Below, one piece after another: positions 22,682 through 37,187 of a DNA stretch of 64,000 bases. This DNA is from Tubulanus polymorphus (taxonomy: Eukaryota; Animalia; Nemertea), in NCBI RefSeq assembly GCF_964204645.1, contig NC_134026.1, positions 15,720,150-15,784,149 on the forward strand, read 5' to 3'. A model generated the notes under the pieces. That model saw only the letters and a program-made list of their open reading frames with translations, was not told the origin of the DNA and did not search any database. The number at the start of each line of letters is the position of its first letter. Position 1 is the first letter of the stretch. The translations under genes and the position numbers were made by a program.

Positions 22682-23681
22682 CACGCGGTACTGGAAATGT
22701 GCCACCTACGATACCGGAGTTAAAAATAATATCATAATGCTGCAGTACCTCACTTGGATAATGTAATATTTTCTTTAATAATTATTCAACCTACTCAAAT
22801 GATCCTTTTTATTTTTCACATACGTTAGGGAGGAGCACAAAACAGATTCCTACGTCATGCATACAAAAGGTAGGACATCTAAACTTTTGTCATCTTTGCG
22901 TCCCGGACCAACATTACCACCAGGAAGCTTTTTTCAACGCGATTCGCACGTTCGCAGTTCGCAGGCACTGGCGCCAAGTATAATTCTTGGCCGATTTTTG
23001 TTGGAGAAAATGGGTATGCAAATACTTACCATTATTACAGTAAAAGACAGAAATTGCTCAACACTCGAAGGCGATATCGATCTTATAAAAAATAATGAGT
23101 CGCATCGATCATCTCCGCCTTTAGGTATTGAGACTTATGCTGGAAGTGATGGTTTGATTTGAAGGGTTAAGCTTAAGTTCGACCAGTGAACAAGTGTGTT
23201 CATCTTGAATGTATCACTTAGACTTAGTATTTACCGATATCTTGAACATTAATGGAGCTGTTTTACCTATCCGAATATTTGGCTTTCATACTATTATATA
23301 CTTGTCAAGGTGTTTAACAGTGCAGAGAAATGTTGACGCCACATTTCGGCCTTTACCTATATAGATCGTTTTGTATAGTTCTATCATTTCGAAGTTTATA
23401 ATTCCATTTACCTTTTCAATCAAAAATTGTGCTGCCACCATCATTCTTGTAATTAACCGGCTTAATTATGTCATTTTGTGGTAGCCATATTGGAACAAAG
23501 TTGGTTTTGGTTGGTGCAATATCTTGTAAAAAAGCTCAATTGTTATGTTAGTTTAATCCAAATTAATTCGTATATTTTAACAGTTGCTCATTAGAAATCA
23601 GTTATCTGTATACTGTATGACAAATTTGTTGAGGTTAAATTGAGGAACCATGAATAGTTAGTAAGTGTCCTCAAACACTTG

Positions 23682-23961
23682 CAAGGGTGGACTTAGGGGA
23701 TGGAACGGGTGGACTGGTCCAACCCTTCAAAAAGTCTGAAAAAAATTTTTGCAAAGAAAATTTAGAAAAAAAATCCAAATAGGTCCCAATAAGGACAAGA
23801 AAAGCCCCTCTGATTGTCCTAAATGTTCTGTGGGAGTGCCACCAGAACCCCCCCACCAATTTTTCGCTTGCAGCCCTCGCATTGCCAAATTTGCCCTTTC
23901 AAATTAAGTTCCCATGCGAATTTCAAGGTCCACACCTTTCAAGAATCCTAGATCCGCACTT
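23682..23961. mobile_element. Degenerate hAT-like MITE
   Basis: CAAGGGTGGACTTAGG at the left and CCTAGATCCGCACTT at the right form imperfect TIRs. Confidence 0.4.
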
Positions 23962-25086
23962 TCTAACACAAGTTTTGACAGATCGATGACACATTCTCAA
24001 ATAAAGGACCATGGGATCAACTGACTACATTTTCCTCTTGATATTAAGTCTTGGATTTGCAATTTATAAACAGCTGATAATGATGAAATCATGGTGCACT
24101 GTGTAGTATGTTCAACTTCGATGATATGCATAGTAATGGGTTTTCCCTCTGACTCACTAGCACGTGCTCAATCAATACTATGTTCTTAATGCATGTTCTT
24201 GGTGTCACTAGTGTCGTAGTGTTGATTTTGCCGGAGTCGACATATAACTCCGACTTCCCTGCTGCAGTCATTTTATAGGTCTGGCAAGTGGCGCCACCAA
24301 ATGGAGTTTGCATCCTTGGAGACCAGTAGCGTCAGTCGTCTTCATAGTAATATGGAATGAAGAACGTTTGTTAATAAACTGTGGCATAATATTCAAATCT
24401 ATGCGTTGATTGCTCTGCAGGCTCGAACGAGGATTCCTTTTACTTCCTGGCTTGAGGAAAAGACTCGGAGCAGAAAGTTGCGGCAGCATCCTGCTGAACC
24501 GGAACGTAGATGAGGAGTTGAGTGCAGAATTTGTTTCGTCGGCTCTCCCTATTATTGATTAGAGGATAATTTCGAAATAATATCAATTTCAACACCTATT
24601 TCCCTCCTAATGCCAAAATATCTGCTGTGTATATCCAGTGGTTACAATCTGTGCCACTAAGAGCTCTCTCAGGACCATTCTATAAGGATCAATGCAGTTG
24701 ATACGAAAATAACATATTACGATTGTACACCTTTGTGATATATATGTTACTTTGCAACTAGTATCATTTCAGGAGCATTACTTCACAGCAGACTAACAAA
24801 TAAAGAAAATACTAAGATATAAAACGTAGTGTACAAACTATCGTTTAATTCGTAAAGTATAGTTCATTATTAAGAATGTTGATAAGGATAACTTAATGAT
24901 GAAATATTAGTGTAACAAACATTGATACGCTTTTTCAACACCATCATTAAGTGGCCTATCAGGCATATCAGGTAAAAAATAAACATACCTTCTTTCTCAT
25001 TCCCAAGTCTTCTGAGATAGAATAATGGTAAAATCATAAAAATAAAATCCTGACAGCCAGATCTAGGGTTAGTTATCACATTTTCA

Positions 25087-25624
25087 ATGTTTCAATTAAA
25101 AGACATTAATTCTTTTCGTAACGTGGTACACGTTCCCCGGTGACTTTCGTACTGCTACTTCAGCTACGTTGTACAAACAGTCATTTCAAAATACATTTAG
25201 TGGATCAATATTGATTAATATATTTCTCTAATTGTGCAAACTACCTTGCTACACTGAAACGGCCATATTTTTTTTTATTTTTAATGCAAAGGAAATTTAC
25301 CATCGAATTCTCAGATTATCATCAAAACATACTTCAGAATCGAAAAGCCGATTTTGTTTAGCAATTGGTCGGATATCCGAATTTTATTTGACATTTTTCT
25401 TAAGAACTATTTAGATTATTAGGTCACGTGATGCACATAATAAGAATAAAAATTAATTATTTATCACCAAAATGTTTAGCCACTACGTTGCCCTCTGTGG
25501 GTACAGTACCCCTTTCATAACACTTACGGTATCATTATACACTGGGTTTTAGTATAATCACCACAAATTTCGATTTCTGTCTCAGTACAGTGGGTGGGTA
25601 TATGGCCAGTACTGAAAGGGTTAA
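25087..25624. mobile_element. piggyBac-type MITE
   Basis: TTAA-flanked, ends GAAAGGG-TTAA. Colinear with 33287-33803 and (reverse, partial) 49801-49997. Confidence 0.75.
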
Positions 25625-28078
25625 GTAACGGAAAATGTGGCTATATTTGTACTAAGTTCTTCATGCGTCGATAACTGTAACTGTAGGAAAAGAAGCAATT
25701 GAAAGTAAAGGTTGACTACGGTTATCCTTCTAGACCATCAGATCCACTAACCTTTGGTTACAACAGTGTTAATTAAAAGCAGGCCAGCCTGATGAGAAGA
25801 TTTACACTTTGAATAGAAATAAAAAAGACAAAAAATAAAACCTGTCTGCCTGTTCACATTTTGAACCTAAAATCTAGTCAAAACATGAGGAACCTGGTAT
25901 CTTTTTGCCATACCTTCTTATTCCAAAAGTGTCTACAGAACATCAACATTTATGACAAATATTCTGTACCTACAATACCAACGATATGTGATATTTATGC
26001 ATATATGACTTAAGGCTTATTTTAGGCCTTATTTTTATTAGTTGGAGTATGGATTTTTTTTTGGGGGGGGGGGTAAGTGGAGGGGCAAGGGGGGAAAAAT
26101 TATTTTAATTGACAACCCAGTGCCAGGATCTTGACGGGCAAAGGACAAAAAAATAAGAAATAAAATTCTTTATTTTTGTCATGTTTTTGCATTAATTTTC
26201 TGAAAGATTAGAAATAAAAAAATAATTTTCTTACATTTCAAGCGCCTATTGATTTTCCTATATAAAGGATTGTTTGAAAGAAATTAAGTTATTAAAGAAA
26301 TAATTTAAACAGAATATTCTATAGGCCTATAGGTGGCATTGAAGACAGATGTCTAAGTAAAAAGAGAGATATATATCTAATAAAGGACCATGGGTCCAGT
26401 AGGATCAACTGAGTACGTTTAAGTTTTGAGCACAAAAATCAATTTTTTCTTGGATTTACAATGACGTATAAACTGCTGATAAAGACGAAATCATCATGGT
26501 GCACTGTGAAGTAAGTAACTTAGTTGATATACGTGGTAATGGGTTTCCCTATGAGTCACAAGTACGTGGTAGAACAGTTCTCTATAATGATGTCACTGGG
26601 AAAGCCTTTCTAGAGGGATTTCCAAGTGATGCCCTTCTGAAGGGCTTTCCCTGTGACGTCATAAAACTAGGTCAAGCATCGATTCGTAGAATGGGAAAAG
26701 ATTCATTGAAATTTTGCACATTTTCTCCCAGAACTTCCAAGGGCTTCCTAGGGCTGATGGATCCATCTATTTTCTATTTTCCACCTATTGGCAAAATATC
26801 AGCTGTGTATATCCAGTGGTTACAATTTGTGCCACCAAGAGCTAACAGAAAGTTACTCTCAGGACCATTCTATAAGGATCAACGCAGTTGATCCTAAAAA
26901 CTCTTTATTTGTAGTTTCAAACACAAGAAATCATTTTCAGAAATCAGACACATTTTAATTTTTTTCCAAGCCGGACAACAGGCAGACCGTCTTCCAGGCA
27001 GACCATACAATCTCAATTTTTACCACCTCCTCCTCGCCACATATCATTGACGGAACCTGCGATATCGGAAGATGAAGTGAAAGCTTCGCTAATCGCCGTT
27101 CGGTCTCACAAGAACCCTTTTTGGTTATTAACAAAAAGGACGCCGCTGGCGGAGTAGGCGGCGCCATCTTGACTGTTGTAATAAGTACCGAGAACTACCA
27201 ACATGAAACATACGCAAACTGTTATTTTTCTATAATGTAACTTCTTTTGTACAACGGCTGCCAAGAAAATAAACTTTTATTTCTTTTTAATAGCAAGTTC
27301 GTTTTAAACGGGCGGGCGCAGAAATAAGAAATTTGTTTTTTCATCTTATGATATCTTTTTGGTGATGGCCCTTATTCAAGAAATTAAGATATCATTCAAA
27401 AATTGGAAAGGCTGTTAACTGCCGTTTTTGAATTGTCAAAAGTCAAAAAAGTCAACAATGGAAGTATAAAACTAAAATATTTAAAAAAAGCAGGGATAAG
27501 TGGAGAATAATGCGCAGGTTAAAATTCAAATCATCTTTTATATCCTTAAATCATCAATTGATTTTATTTATTCATGGATTAAGTCATTTTTATGAAACTG
27601 GGCATGAACATATACTGCATTTACTTAAAATGGCAACTTAAAAAGGCATATTTTAGCTTAGAAAGAATATATTTGAATGGACATGCGGCAGCTGAATCTA
27701 CATAATTCTTACTCCAATTTATACTCCAATGCAAATGGTGGTCCACCAGAGTCTACGAGACAGATGGCTATTAATATCAGTACCTTTGTCGATCATATCA
27801 ATTCAATATTTGCAGAACCTATTTTAAGAGTGAAAATATAAAATGATAGTTAAAATGTAAATATAATACAAATAATGATGATAATAATAGAGTGAATAAC
27901 AATAGGGAATAAAAGACCCTTATTACAGGCATCTTAACAAAAATAACAATTATATAAATTATAAACCTGTAAGGGATTCATAATATTTGAAGTATATTCA
28001 CTTAAAATACGTAGACAAAATGCAGCAAGTCAAGCGTACATTACAACAAAAATCTTTTTAAGGTTTGGCAACCTAAAA

Positions 28079-29281
28079 CTAGGGGTCCGGGGACGACATG
28101 CCCACTTTGGAAGTGGTTTCAAATGCTCAACAATTTAACAATATTCAATGCCCCTGGTGACCATATACAAAAACCAATGACCTTGAAACTCACCACAATC
28201 ATAGAACATGTCAGCAGCTACGATTTTGTAATCGATTATGACAACAAAATACGCCTCGTTATCTATTTAATATGGAAATACTAAGTTATTCAACTATTCA
28301 ACGCCCCCTGGCGACCATATTCTAAACCCAATGACCTTGATACTCACCACAATCATAGAACATGTCATGAGCTACAACTTTGCAATTGTCCATGGTAACA
28401 AAATATGGCTAGGTATCAGTATGATAAGGAAATACTAAGTTATTCTACTATTCAACACCCCTGGTGACCATATTGAATAACCTATGACCTTGAAACTCAC
28501 CACAATCATCGACTCATATCTCATGAGCTACACCTTTGCAATCGATTGTGGTAACAAAACATGGGTAGGTAAAAATATATAATATAGAAATACAAAATCA
28601 TTGTATTATTCAATGCCCCCTGGTGGCCATATATACGAAAACCAATGACCTTGAAACTCACCACAATCATAGAACACGTTATGCGCTGCAACTTTCCAAT
28701 TGATTGTGGTAACAAAATATGGTTAGGTATCAATATAATGTGGAAAAACTTTTTTCAACCCACAAATGAGTACACCACCTACTGATGACACCACGATGGT
28801 TGCCAGTTGCATTATAATTGGCTGATCAAAAATACCTGTCTGAGGTATTAAAGATCTCTTTCCATAGAATATCCACCAAAAATTTCAATGAAAAATGGCA
28901 CACCAGTAAGCAGCTACAGGACACAGAATTCGGGCCAAAATTGACATTTGTGGGCACAAAAAAGGCCATCTTGAGTCTTATCAACCCAATTTTCTTATGC
29001 TGATGGGCCCTTGGGGATTCAAATATATACGAAATATATACGAAAGATCAAGGTAATTGATCGAAAATTTCCCTTCAAAAATGTGTAAAAGGTGCTGATC
29101 TTGGCCAACAACAATTCTGCCAGTCGGTCATCCTGATGCTGACAGGGGCCAGCTTTTGGGCTGAAGATGTGTCTAGGGTAGATACATGTGTAACCCAAAT
29201 ATCAAGACATTACAGAAGTGTCTTTAAATCTTCCCAAGAAACTGGATTCCGTCTGGATTCCGAAAAGTCCCAAGTGGGCTA
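28079..29281 (-). mobile_element. Helentron-associated non-autonomous element, family 1, with ~154-bp internal tandem repeats
   Basis: CTAGGGGTCC end, subterminal inverted repeats GCCCACTTTGGA/TCCCAAGTGGGC and four internal repeat units. Colinear with 58398-59635. Confidence 0.8.
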
Positions 29282-29693
29282 AAAACAGTAGCTCTGAAAG
29301 TGTTTTATACAGTCAATTCCTTTTACTTCCCTCGTCCAGTCAAATCTTTTACTTTAATTGGAAGGGGACTGGTAGATTTAACTAACTAGTGGTCCTGTGA
29401 CACCGACACCATGCCCATCACTTGGAGAAATGCTTAACAATCTGAAAATTTCAATATTTGTTTAAGTTTCTTAAACTTAGTTTCAATTTCTTTACTTGAA
29501 ATTTAAAACTTGACCTTTAAATTTAGTAAAAATGAGATAAACAACCTTATCAATTACTATCGTATCTGGTAAGTTAGTCAAAAGAGTTGTACCTTTTGAA
29601 TCAATGTCCTTAAACTATTCACATTATAAATACATTTTTTCCATGAGAATATGGATTTCTCTCCCTCCCAGTCTGTTGTTATGTTTCTATGAA

Positions 29694-30262
29694 CAGAGTC
29701 GGCACTTATGTGAAGCTAAAAATCCGGATTTTGAAAATTTTTGAAATTAGAACGCCAGGAGATGCGTTCTGGCGCGATACGCGTTATAGGCCTCACTTTC
29801 TTTACCGGAAGTGTGTATCAATTTTCACGTCTGTCAATTACAATCCAATGAAAATCTGTCGCTTCAAACTTTCAGTAAGCATTTTCTCAAAGGTTATACA
29901 CTCACTCACTCCAAGATATGTCAATAATGTGTATAGATCATTTTTCCAAATAGCGATTGGTTCCTTCAAATACACCTCATATATAAACCAGAGCCAAAAA
30001 CAAACGAAGCGTCACTCGATTTCGATCGTCACGTCATCTTGGTTTAATCGTGTTCTGCGGGGTTGTTGCCACCATGTGGCAGCACAATACGGCTTTTTCG
30101 AACCCTACGGAGCCGTTACGTTTTGATGTTTAGGGTCAAATCCCGAATTGATTCTATTTTTTTCGCAATGTTTTCTTTTTTGGTTATTTGACTTCTCCCG
30201 AAAATCCGGAAATGAAATTGGATTTTTTTTAAATCCGGAATTCTGGAGAAGTGGCAACTCTG
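29694..30262. mobile_element. hAT-like MITE with 6-bp TSD
   Basis: TIRs CAGAGTCGGCACTT/AAGTGGCAACTCTG, with TATGAA on both sides. Confidence 0.8.
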
Positions 30263-30859
30263 TATGAAATATTATTCCGTACAAACATATTGCTCTTTAA
30301 AGGAGCAATACATAATATAGGATATACTTTTGGGCAGGAGCAAGGAGGCAGCCTTTAATGCAAATTCTATGCCTATCGATAGGTTTGAAAAAATCCTGGG
30401 CGTATTACATGTCATGGTGCAGACAATAGGCCGATGAAAGAATTTAAATGAGCCTGGTCATGACTGGCATCATAAAGCCTGTCCTGATCATTGTAAATAA
30501 AATTTTCCTAGAAAGTGCAGAATTTGAGAAAAGTTTCTACTTTGAATAGGAAATTGTTCTTTGCAAGGATCTCTGTAGTTTGAAAATTAACAATGATAAA
30601 AAAAGTGGCGCTGGAAATGCAGCGAGCACAGCCGCTAAATTAACTGAAATTTACTGGCAATAATTCAATGACTGTTTTATTCTTTGAAATTCGCCATGGA
30701 AACCACATGTACAAAATCAGCAATTGGCCATGGCATTCGAAAATTGTTCAAAATGCACCTGAAAAAGCCTAACATATGGAGCTATAATATGGGGGCTCCA
30801 AAAATCGAAGTATTCATATCACTAATCAGTTAATGATTTGCAATGAAATTGGATTCCAG

Positions 30860-31345
30860 TGCCATGCCCACTTGGGAAGTGGTTTGAAATGCTCAACAAA
30901 CTGAAAATTCCCATACTCAACACCCCTGGTGAACATATTAAGATAGCAATGACCTTGAAACTCATCACATTCATAGACCATGTTCACATTCATAGACCAT
31001 GTCACTAGATATAGCTACAATTTAGCACTTCATTGTGGTTACAAAATATGCGTAGAGTCCATAACAATATGAAAATACTAAGTTATGCAGCTATTAAACG
31101 TGACCTTTGAACTCACCACAATAATAGAAAATGTCACTAGCTATAATTAGCAATTGATTGTGGTTACGAAATATGCCTAGCGACCAATACAATATACAAA
31201 TACCAAGTTATTCAGCTATTCAACGCCCCCTGGTGACCATATACAACAATTGGTGACCCCGAAACTCTTCACAAGCAGAAAACATGTCATGAGCTACAAT
31301 TTTGCAATATTTTGTGGTAGCAAAATATGTATAGGTACCAAAAGT
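30860..31345 (-). mobile_element. Partial family-1 Helentron-associated element
   Basis: GCCATGCCCACTTGGGAAGTGG followed by ~3 diverged repeat units. Confidence 0.75.
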
Positions 31346-32234
31346 ATATGAGAAGAAACAAAATTCTTAATATGGACTTTCCTAAATATACATGATGGTG
31401 TATGTTTAATCCTGTATCAAAATTAAACATCAGTAAATATGGAGTTAAACCCTTTTGCTACGTATGACGTTTTAGAAACGTCATATGAGTAACACCTGCT
31501 GTGCGTATGAAGTAATGAAAAGTCATTTACCTATCGACTATTGCATGAATGCGCATGAGAGCAAACATTATAAAGTCTATCCCAGTCGATATGATCGTGG
31601 TATTTCACTCTCAAAGAGCCAGTATCAATATCAATTTAATTGATACTGACAGCTGTAAGTGGTCAAACTGACCATGAGCATCACTGGCTCGCAGGCCCCA
31701 GCTGCTTGTTACTATGGTTACAAGCAAGAGTGAATAAAGAGCAAAACTTTTCCAAACTTACCCGAAGAATATGAAGAAATAACCAATGAAAATCAGTTAT
31801 GAAGTCTTGTTGCATTCAAGAGTGAATATTTTCAAAGGCTACTGAAGTCAACATTTACATTACTAAGTGTCTGAACTAATTTCCAAGTTGAAACATATAT
31901 GATATTTAGAGGGATTTTCAAGCAAAATAACGGGACACGACTCGTGAGAGATATTTATACGCCGATCAAATCTATGTTTGACACATGATCATTCTTAAAA
32001 TGACATTAAAAATTCAAGAATGGATAAGAATAAGATAATATTGGTTTTTTTAAATATGGACTCGTATGGAGGAGTATGGCTTTATCCCTTCATGAATGAC
32101 CATGCAGTTGATGGGATATTATGCACCCATGAATTCAGTAGTCGCCTGACCTCAGTTAAATGTAGAGTTGAGTGGTAGAAACCACAGGGATCCAGATGTG
32201 TAGTGATAACAACTGATACACCGCGATCATATCC

Positions 32235-32563
32235 CATGGTTCCTACAGTTATATGAATTCAAAATTCCAAAGTATTTCCCAAGTATTTCATGGGTGAGTT
32301 TTCAATTTTCCCAAATGGAAATCATCAGATATCGTCATGCTACAGTGAACATTTAAGCGGTGACTGGTTGATAAATAGGATTTTCAAGGGGAATTGCTGA
32401 AAAAAGTTGCCTTTGGCAAATGCAATATGTGAAATGTAATGAATTTCCAGATATTTCCCTGATTTGAGGAAAATTTTTCAAATTCCCAAATATTTCCAAA
32501 CTGGGAATTATAATTTCAAAATTCCCAAGTTTTTCCCAATTTCCCTGTTCTGTGGGAACCATG
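32235..32563. mobile_element. MITE with CATGGTTCC TIRs and 6-bp TSD
   Basis: CATGGTTCCTACAG...CTGTGGGAACCATG, with ATATCC on both sides. Confidence 0.85.
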
Positions 32564-33286
32564 ATATCCACTGGGATAGACTTTAGAAATGCATGCGAGA
32601 CTGTTTAGAGCTATTTTATTTCCTTTATAAATGGCAGATGGCGTCTGTGGCTGGTAGTTGTTGCTGTCTTGTATGGCCTCCTTGTTTTTCAGTAAATAGA
32701 TTTTAGTTTGTTCTACACTGCATGACCCCCCTTCCCCAACACAGACCTCACACAGTGGTTGGAGGGTCAGTATCGGTGAACACATAAGTTATACTCAAAT
32801 TACATCACATTCATCCAAATGGTGACATTCATTGTAAATGAATGGAAGAACAACGCCCACCCTTCCCCCTACTTAATCCAGCCCCATGGACAATGTGAAG
32901 GCTTTTTGACGAAAAATTGTTCTGGTATTCATGTTAAAATATCATACTCTTTGATAAGAATGTGAATAATCACAAAATATTGATACAGTAGATCTGGTGT
33001 AAATTGCCTAAATTCCAAGGTCTCGATATTTTCAGTTCATTTTCCTATCAGAATCTGTCTCGAAGTCGGACTCTAAAAGTCGGAAAGTCAGCTAAAATAT
33101 ACGTCCCGAAAGTTTCAAAACAATGAATTTTTCAATCGCTAAGTCAGTCAGCTAATTTCAGTTCTTTTTAAAATGATTGTTATTTGCACACAGCATCTAT
33201 TATTAATCTTTTTTTCTTTCGACGCACACATGTTAAGCACATGCATACAATTACAGTGCAGTCAACTCCACCTAATCCGGATCCCA

Positions 33287-33803
33287 TTAACCCTTTCGTT
33301 ACGTGGTACATGGTCACCAGTGACTTTCGTAACACAGCTTCGCTATGTGGTACACGGTCAGCAGTGACTCACATTTTCATAGTGGATATTCATAATACCA
33401 ATGCGCCATCTATCGCATAGTATAGTATTTCAGCTATTTTGTACAAACAGCCGCAGATCGGTATTTATCAATATGTCTAATAATATTTAATTTTGCGAAC
33501 TACCTTGCTGCACTAAAACAGCCATAATTTTTCATCCATGGGAATTTTACCATTAAATTCTCAGATAATCATCAGTACATACTGCAGAATAGAAAAGCAG
33601 ACATTGTATAGCAATTGGTGATGCACATATTAGTATAAAAATAAATTTCTTTATCACCAAAATGTTTGGCCACTATGTTGCCCTCTGTGGGTACAGAACC
33701 CTTTTCATGACACTTACAGTATTTTTATACCAGAGGTTGTAGTAAAATAACCGAAAATTTCTAGTACAGTGGGTGGGTATATGGCCAGTACTGAAAGAGT
33801 TAA
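33287..33803. mobile_element. piggyBac-type MITE
   Basis: TTAA-CCCTTTC...GAAAGAG-TTAA. Same family as 25087-25624. Confidence 0.8.
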
Positions 33804-34266
33804 TCCGGATTGCTAATTATTCAGTGGTTTTCTCAAAGTCCCGTTTTTTCTTGTTCAAATCCTTGATAAATATTTCAGTTAATCCGTATTTTCAATTTAT
33901 CCGTACAAACATTCTGGTCCATTCATGCATAATCAATGGTTGCCTTGTTTCTTTATCCGTATTGCAAAAAAGGTTGAAATTATACTACTTTGAGGCCTAG
34001 TTCTTATCTAAAACTTCGTTTTGCTAACTTTTTATTCTTTGGGAATTCCCCATTTCTCCAACCAATCATTATACCAATTATACCAACCAATCATTCTGTC
34101 AGGCCTACGCGCATGCGTAGATCCTACATATGTAGATTTTATTTTTCATTTTAAAGCTGTTAGCATTCGTCTGAGCAGGCAGCTTTATAAACCAGAGTTT
34201 TCATTTGAGTTTTTCCATCATTAATGAAACTGGAATTTTATTTTAAATCCTGATGACTTTAGTTAC

Positions 34267-34620
34267 TACGGAGCCCAAGATGAAAAAGATCCTTTCTTCG
34301 TTTGAACATCTTTTCTGTCAAACAAATGTTTTTCGTTCGAACCAAAAACATTTTGTTCGCAGAACAAAATTGATTTCGTTCGAACAAACCTTTTTTTCAA
34401 TTCATTGGAACGAAATTGTTTTTGCTCATAATTTCTTTGTCAGAACAAAAAGTTTTTCTATCGTACAAAGAGTATATTGCTCGATCGAACAGAATTGTTT
34501 TCATTCGAACTAAATTTTCTTTCGGGAACATAAGATTTTCATTCGAACAAGTATGTTGTTCGATTGAAGTGGAACTGAATAGTCTTTTCATAGTAAGGGG
34601 TAATCTTCATTCGAACATGT
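34267..34620. repeat. TTCGAAC-rich degenerate repeat element
   Basis: Recurring TTCGAAC motifs after TACGGAGCCC. A related array in opposite orientation lies at 52580-52980. Confidence 0.55.
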
Positions 34621-35367
34621 TCTACCATGTTTCTGATCATGTACGGAACACAGCTTGTTAAGGTCGTTTCTGAAATTCACTGGTCCTGTATATTTTGGAT
34701 TATTCTGTATATCATGTGATAGTGAAGAGAATGCGACTTAGGATACTACCTTGCGTTACTCCACTGGTTATAGATCTTATTTCCTCCAAGATGAAACAGT
34801 TCCGTTGATTTCCTTTCTAAAGACATTATAGTGTTTTTGCTTATTTCAATGTAACAATCTGTTTCAATAATAAAATGCTTGGCTGAATGTAGTGTAATAT
34901 AGTATAGTGCATAGGCCATATCTACCTTCCCTACAAAGCATAGTGTATTTATGGAAATTCATTTTGTTATCACATATGAGACTTTCTTCCTTTGGTACAA
35001 AATAACTTCCGAGCAAGGCTTAGTTTCTCTTTGGAACTTTCAAATCCTTCAATGCGGTTATAAAATCTCTAACCCCATTGAATTTCATCAGAATGTGTTG
35101 CTTATTTATTGATTTAGTTATTTATTTTTTGTTGGAACTACTTTTTATTTCAGAAGAATGCATGCGCTGTCACCTATATTCAGCCGTATATTCATGCTTT
35201 GTACACTCTCTGCTATGTGGTGAATTGATCTGTGCATATATGTGAAAGGCGCGCTTTGCGTGTGGCCTAGTTAAGTTTTCCAGGAAACTACAAGGGGCAG
35301 TCAATTTTGGAAATTGTTCAATTTACAAAAATAAATTGTTTTTCAAACTTCATACCATTTCGGTGTT

Positions 35368-37187
35368 CAGTATAACCTCTCTATAGTGAATGCGTGGAGT
35401 TCCGGAAAAATGTTCACTATAGAGGTGTTCACTAAATGCAAGTAGCACATATCTGTGCAGGGGCGTAGCCACCTAAAATTCAATGGTGCGACAATCCGGA
35501 GCGCACATCCAAACGAGCGTCGAAGGTGCGATGTCTAGAAGGGGGGCTTGGGGGCCCTCCCCCAAGTAAATTTTGAACATTAAATTGTCTGTGAGATGCG
35601 TTCTGATGGCTATGAGAGCTCATATTTGAATAACTTTTCTGTAGATAACATAATGCCTCAAGGTTATCTTTGGTCTAGGGACAGATCTTGATGTTTCACC
35701 ATCCCAGAGCGGTTTCTGAGTCCTGCTGAACTGGAAGGGAAACTATATCATAGCACAAAACGGGGGACCTGGGGGCACTCCCCCAGAAAATTTTGATTTT
35801 TCAAGGCTCTGAGATGCCATCTTTAAGCATATTTTGGGCATAAAATCTATCCCCCTTGAAGTTAATTATTTTAGTTTAGATTCATTTAGACCATTTTCTA
35901 TACTACTTCCAGAATACTTGCCCGGAATAAAACATTCATGTTAGTAAAGAGCCTGTCAAAATCACGAACTAGAAAAATAGAAGGGCAAACCTGAGTACCC
36001 CTCGATACAAGTGGTAGGCTGGATCTGCCCTTGACCATTTATTGATGAATACGTAAACTAATGTTAGCTTATTGTACATCAATACCGGTACTCTTCGATT
36101 TTCTCGGTTTCCATGTGTCGGCACTTGAGCAGAGTTTTTTTTGGTCAAATCCCTTATTTTTGTCCATTTTTCATGAACAAAAAACACCTACAGGATAAGT
36201 GAAATATAACCAGAAGAATACCGGTTTGAGTCGCTCTGAAGTAATATGAAATAGTCTTCTGAATTCGGCAACTTTGATACTGTGAGATCATGTGCATGGT
36301 CCAGATATGATACCGTAAACACTATATACAAAACTCGCTGGAGTCACTGGGTTGGATGTGGCCCAAAACACTGAAAATCTCAAGTGCTTAACCAACTCCT
36401 CCGTATTAGCACCACTGACATCTTCAAAAGAACTTGATACCCCCCCGATGTAAATACAGAATAACGTTTATACGTTTATTATGACGTTTTAGCATAATGG
36501 GTTTTTCAATTATTGTGTGACATATGTCGCAGTTGTCGCACCGGTGGCTACGCCCCTGCTGTGTCATGCCACCTACCTTCAGTTTGATTAACTACTCCCT
36601 GAGCTATTCACTCAGAAAAATTTATCAATACATAGCTAATTCTAAATGATCAAAGATTAGTGATTACTTAATTTAGCTTAAATTGAAATTTTGTAAATCC
36701 TCCCGATTTAAGAAAATTTAGTCAATGCATTGCATTTCTACTTCAATATGATCCAAGGATTATTATCATGATTCAGATAAACAAACATTCAGATTAAAGT
36801 ATTCATTGAACGATAACAACTGTTCATTCATAATCATAGTCGCCAATTAACCTAATTAGTACTGCCTAAGGACTTTTCAAGACAATTAGCCATTGAATGC
36901 CCATGAGTTATATTCATATGGTATATGAAGAACACCTGTACTGATAACAAACAAATATTTAATAGCAAATGTTTACTGTCTAGACATTCTGGGATTGGAC
37001 CATTGTTCACTACAGAGGGGTAAAATGCTCATTTGGTACCAGAATGTGTTCACTATAGAGAGGTTTTCACGAAATGGAGGTTCTGTTTACTTGAAAATTA
37101 GTAGGGAAAATTTGGTTCCGGCCAAAAAGTGTTCACTAAATAGAGGTGTTCACTAAATATAGGTGTTTACTAAGAGAGGTTTACTGT
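35368..37187. mobile_element. Tc1/mariner-pogo-type MITE carrying a nested insertion
   Basis: CAGTATAACCTCTC...GAGAGGTTTACTG-TA with subterminal GTTCACTA repeats. Confidence 0.7.
35458..36558. mobile_element. hAT-like non-autonomous element with 5-bp TSD
   Basis: Perfect 16-bp TIR CAGGGGCGTAGCCACC, with CTGTG on both sides. Confidence 0.88.
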
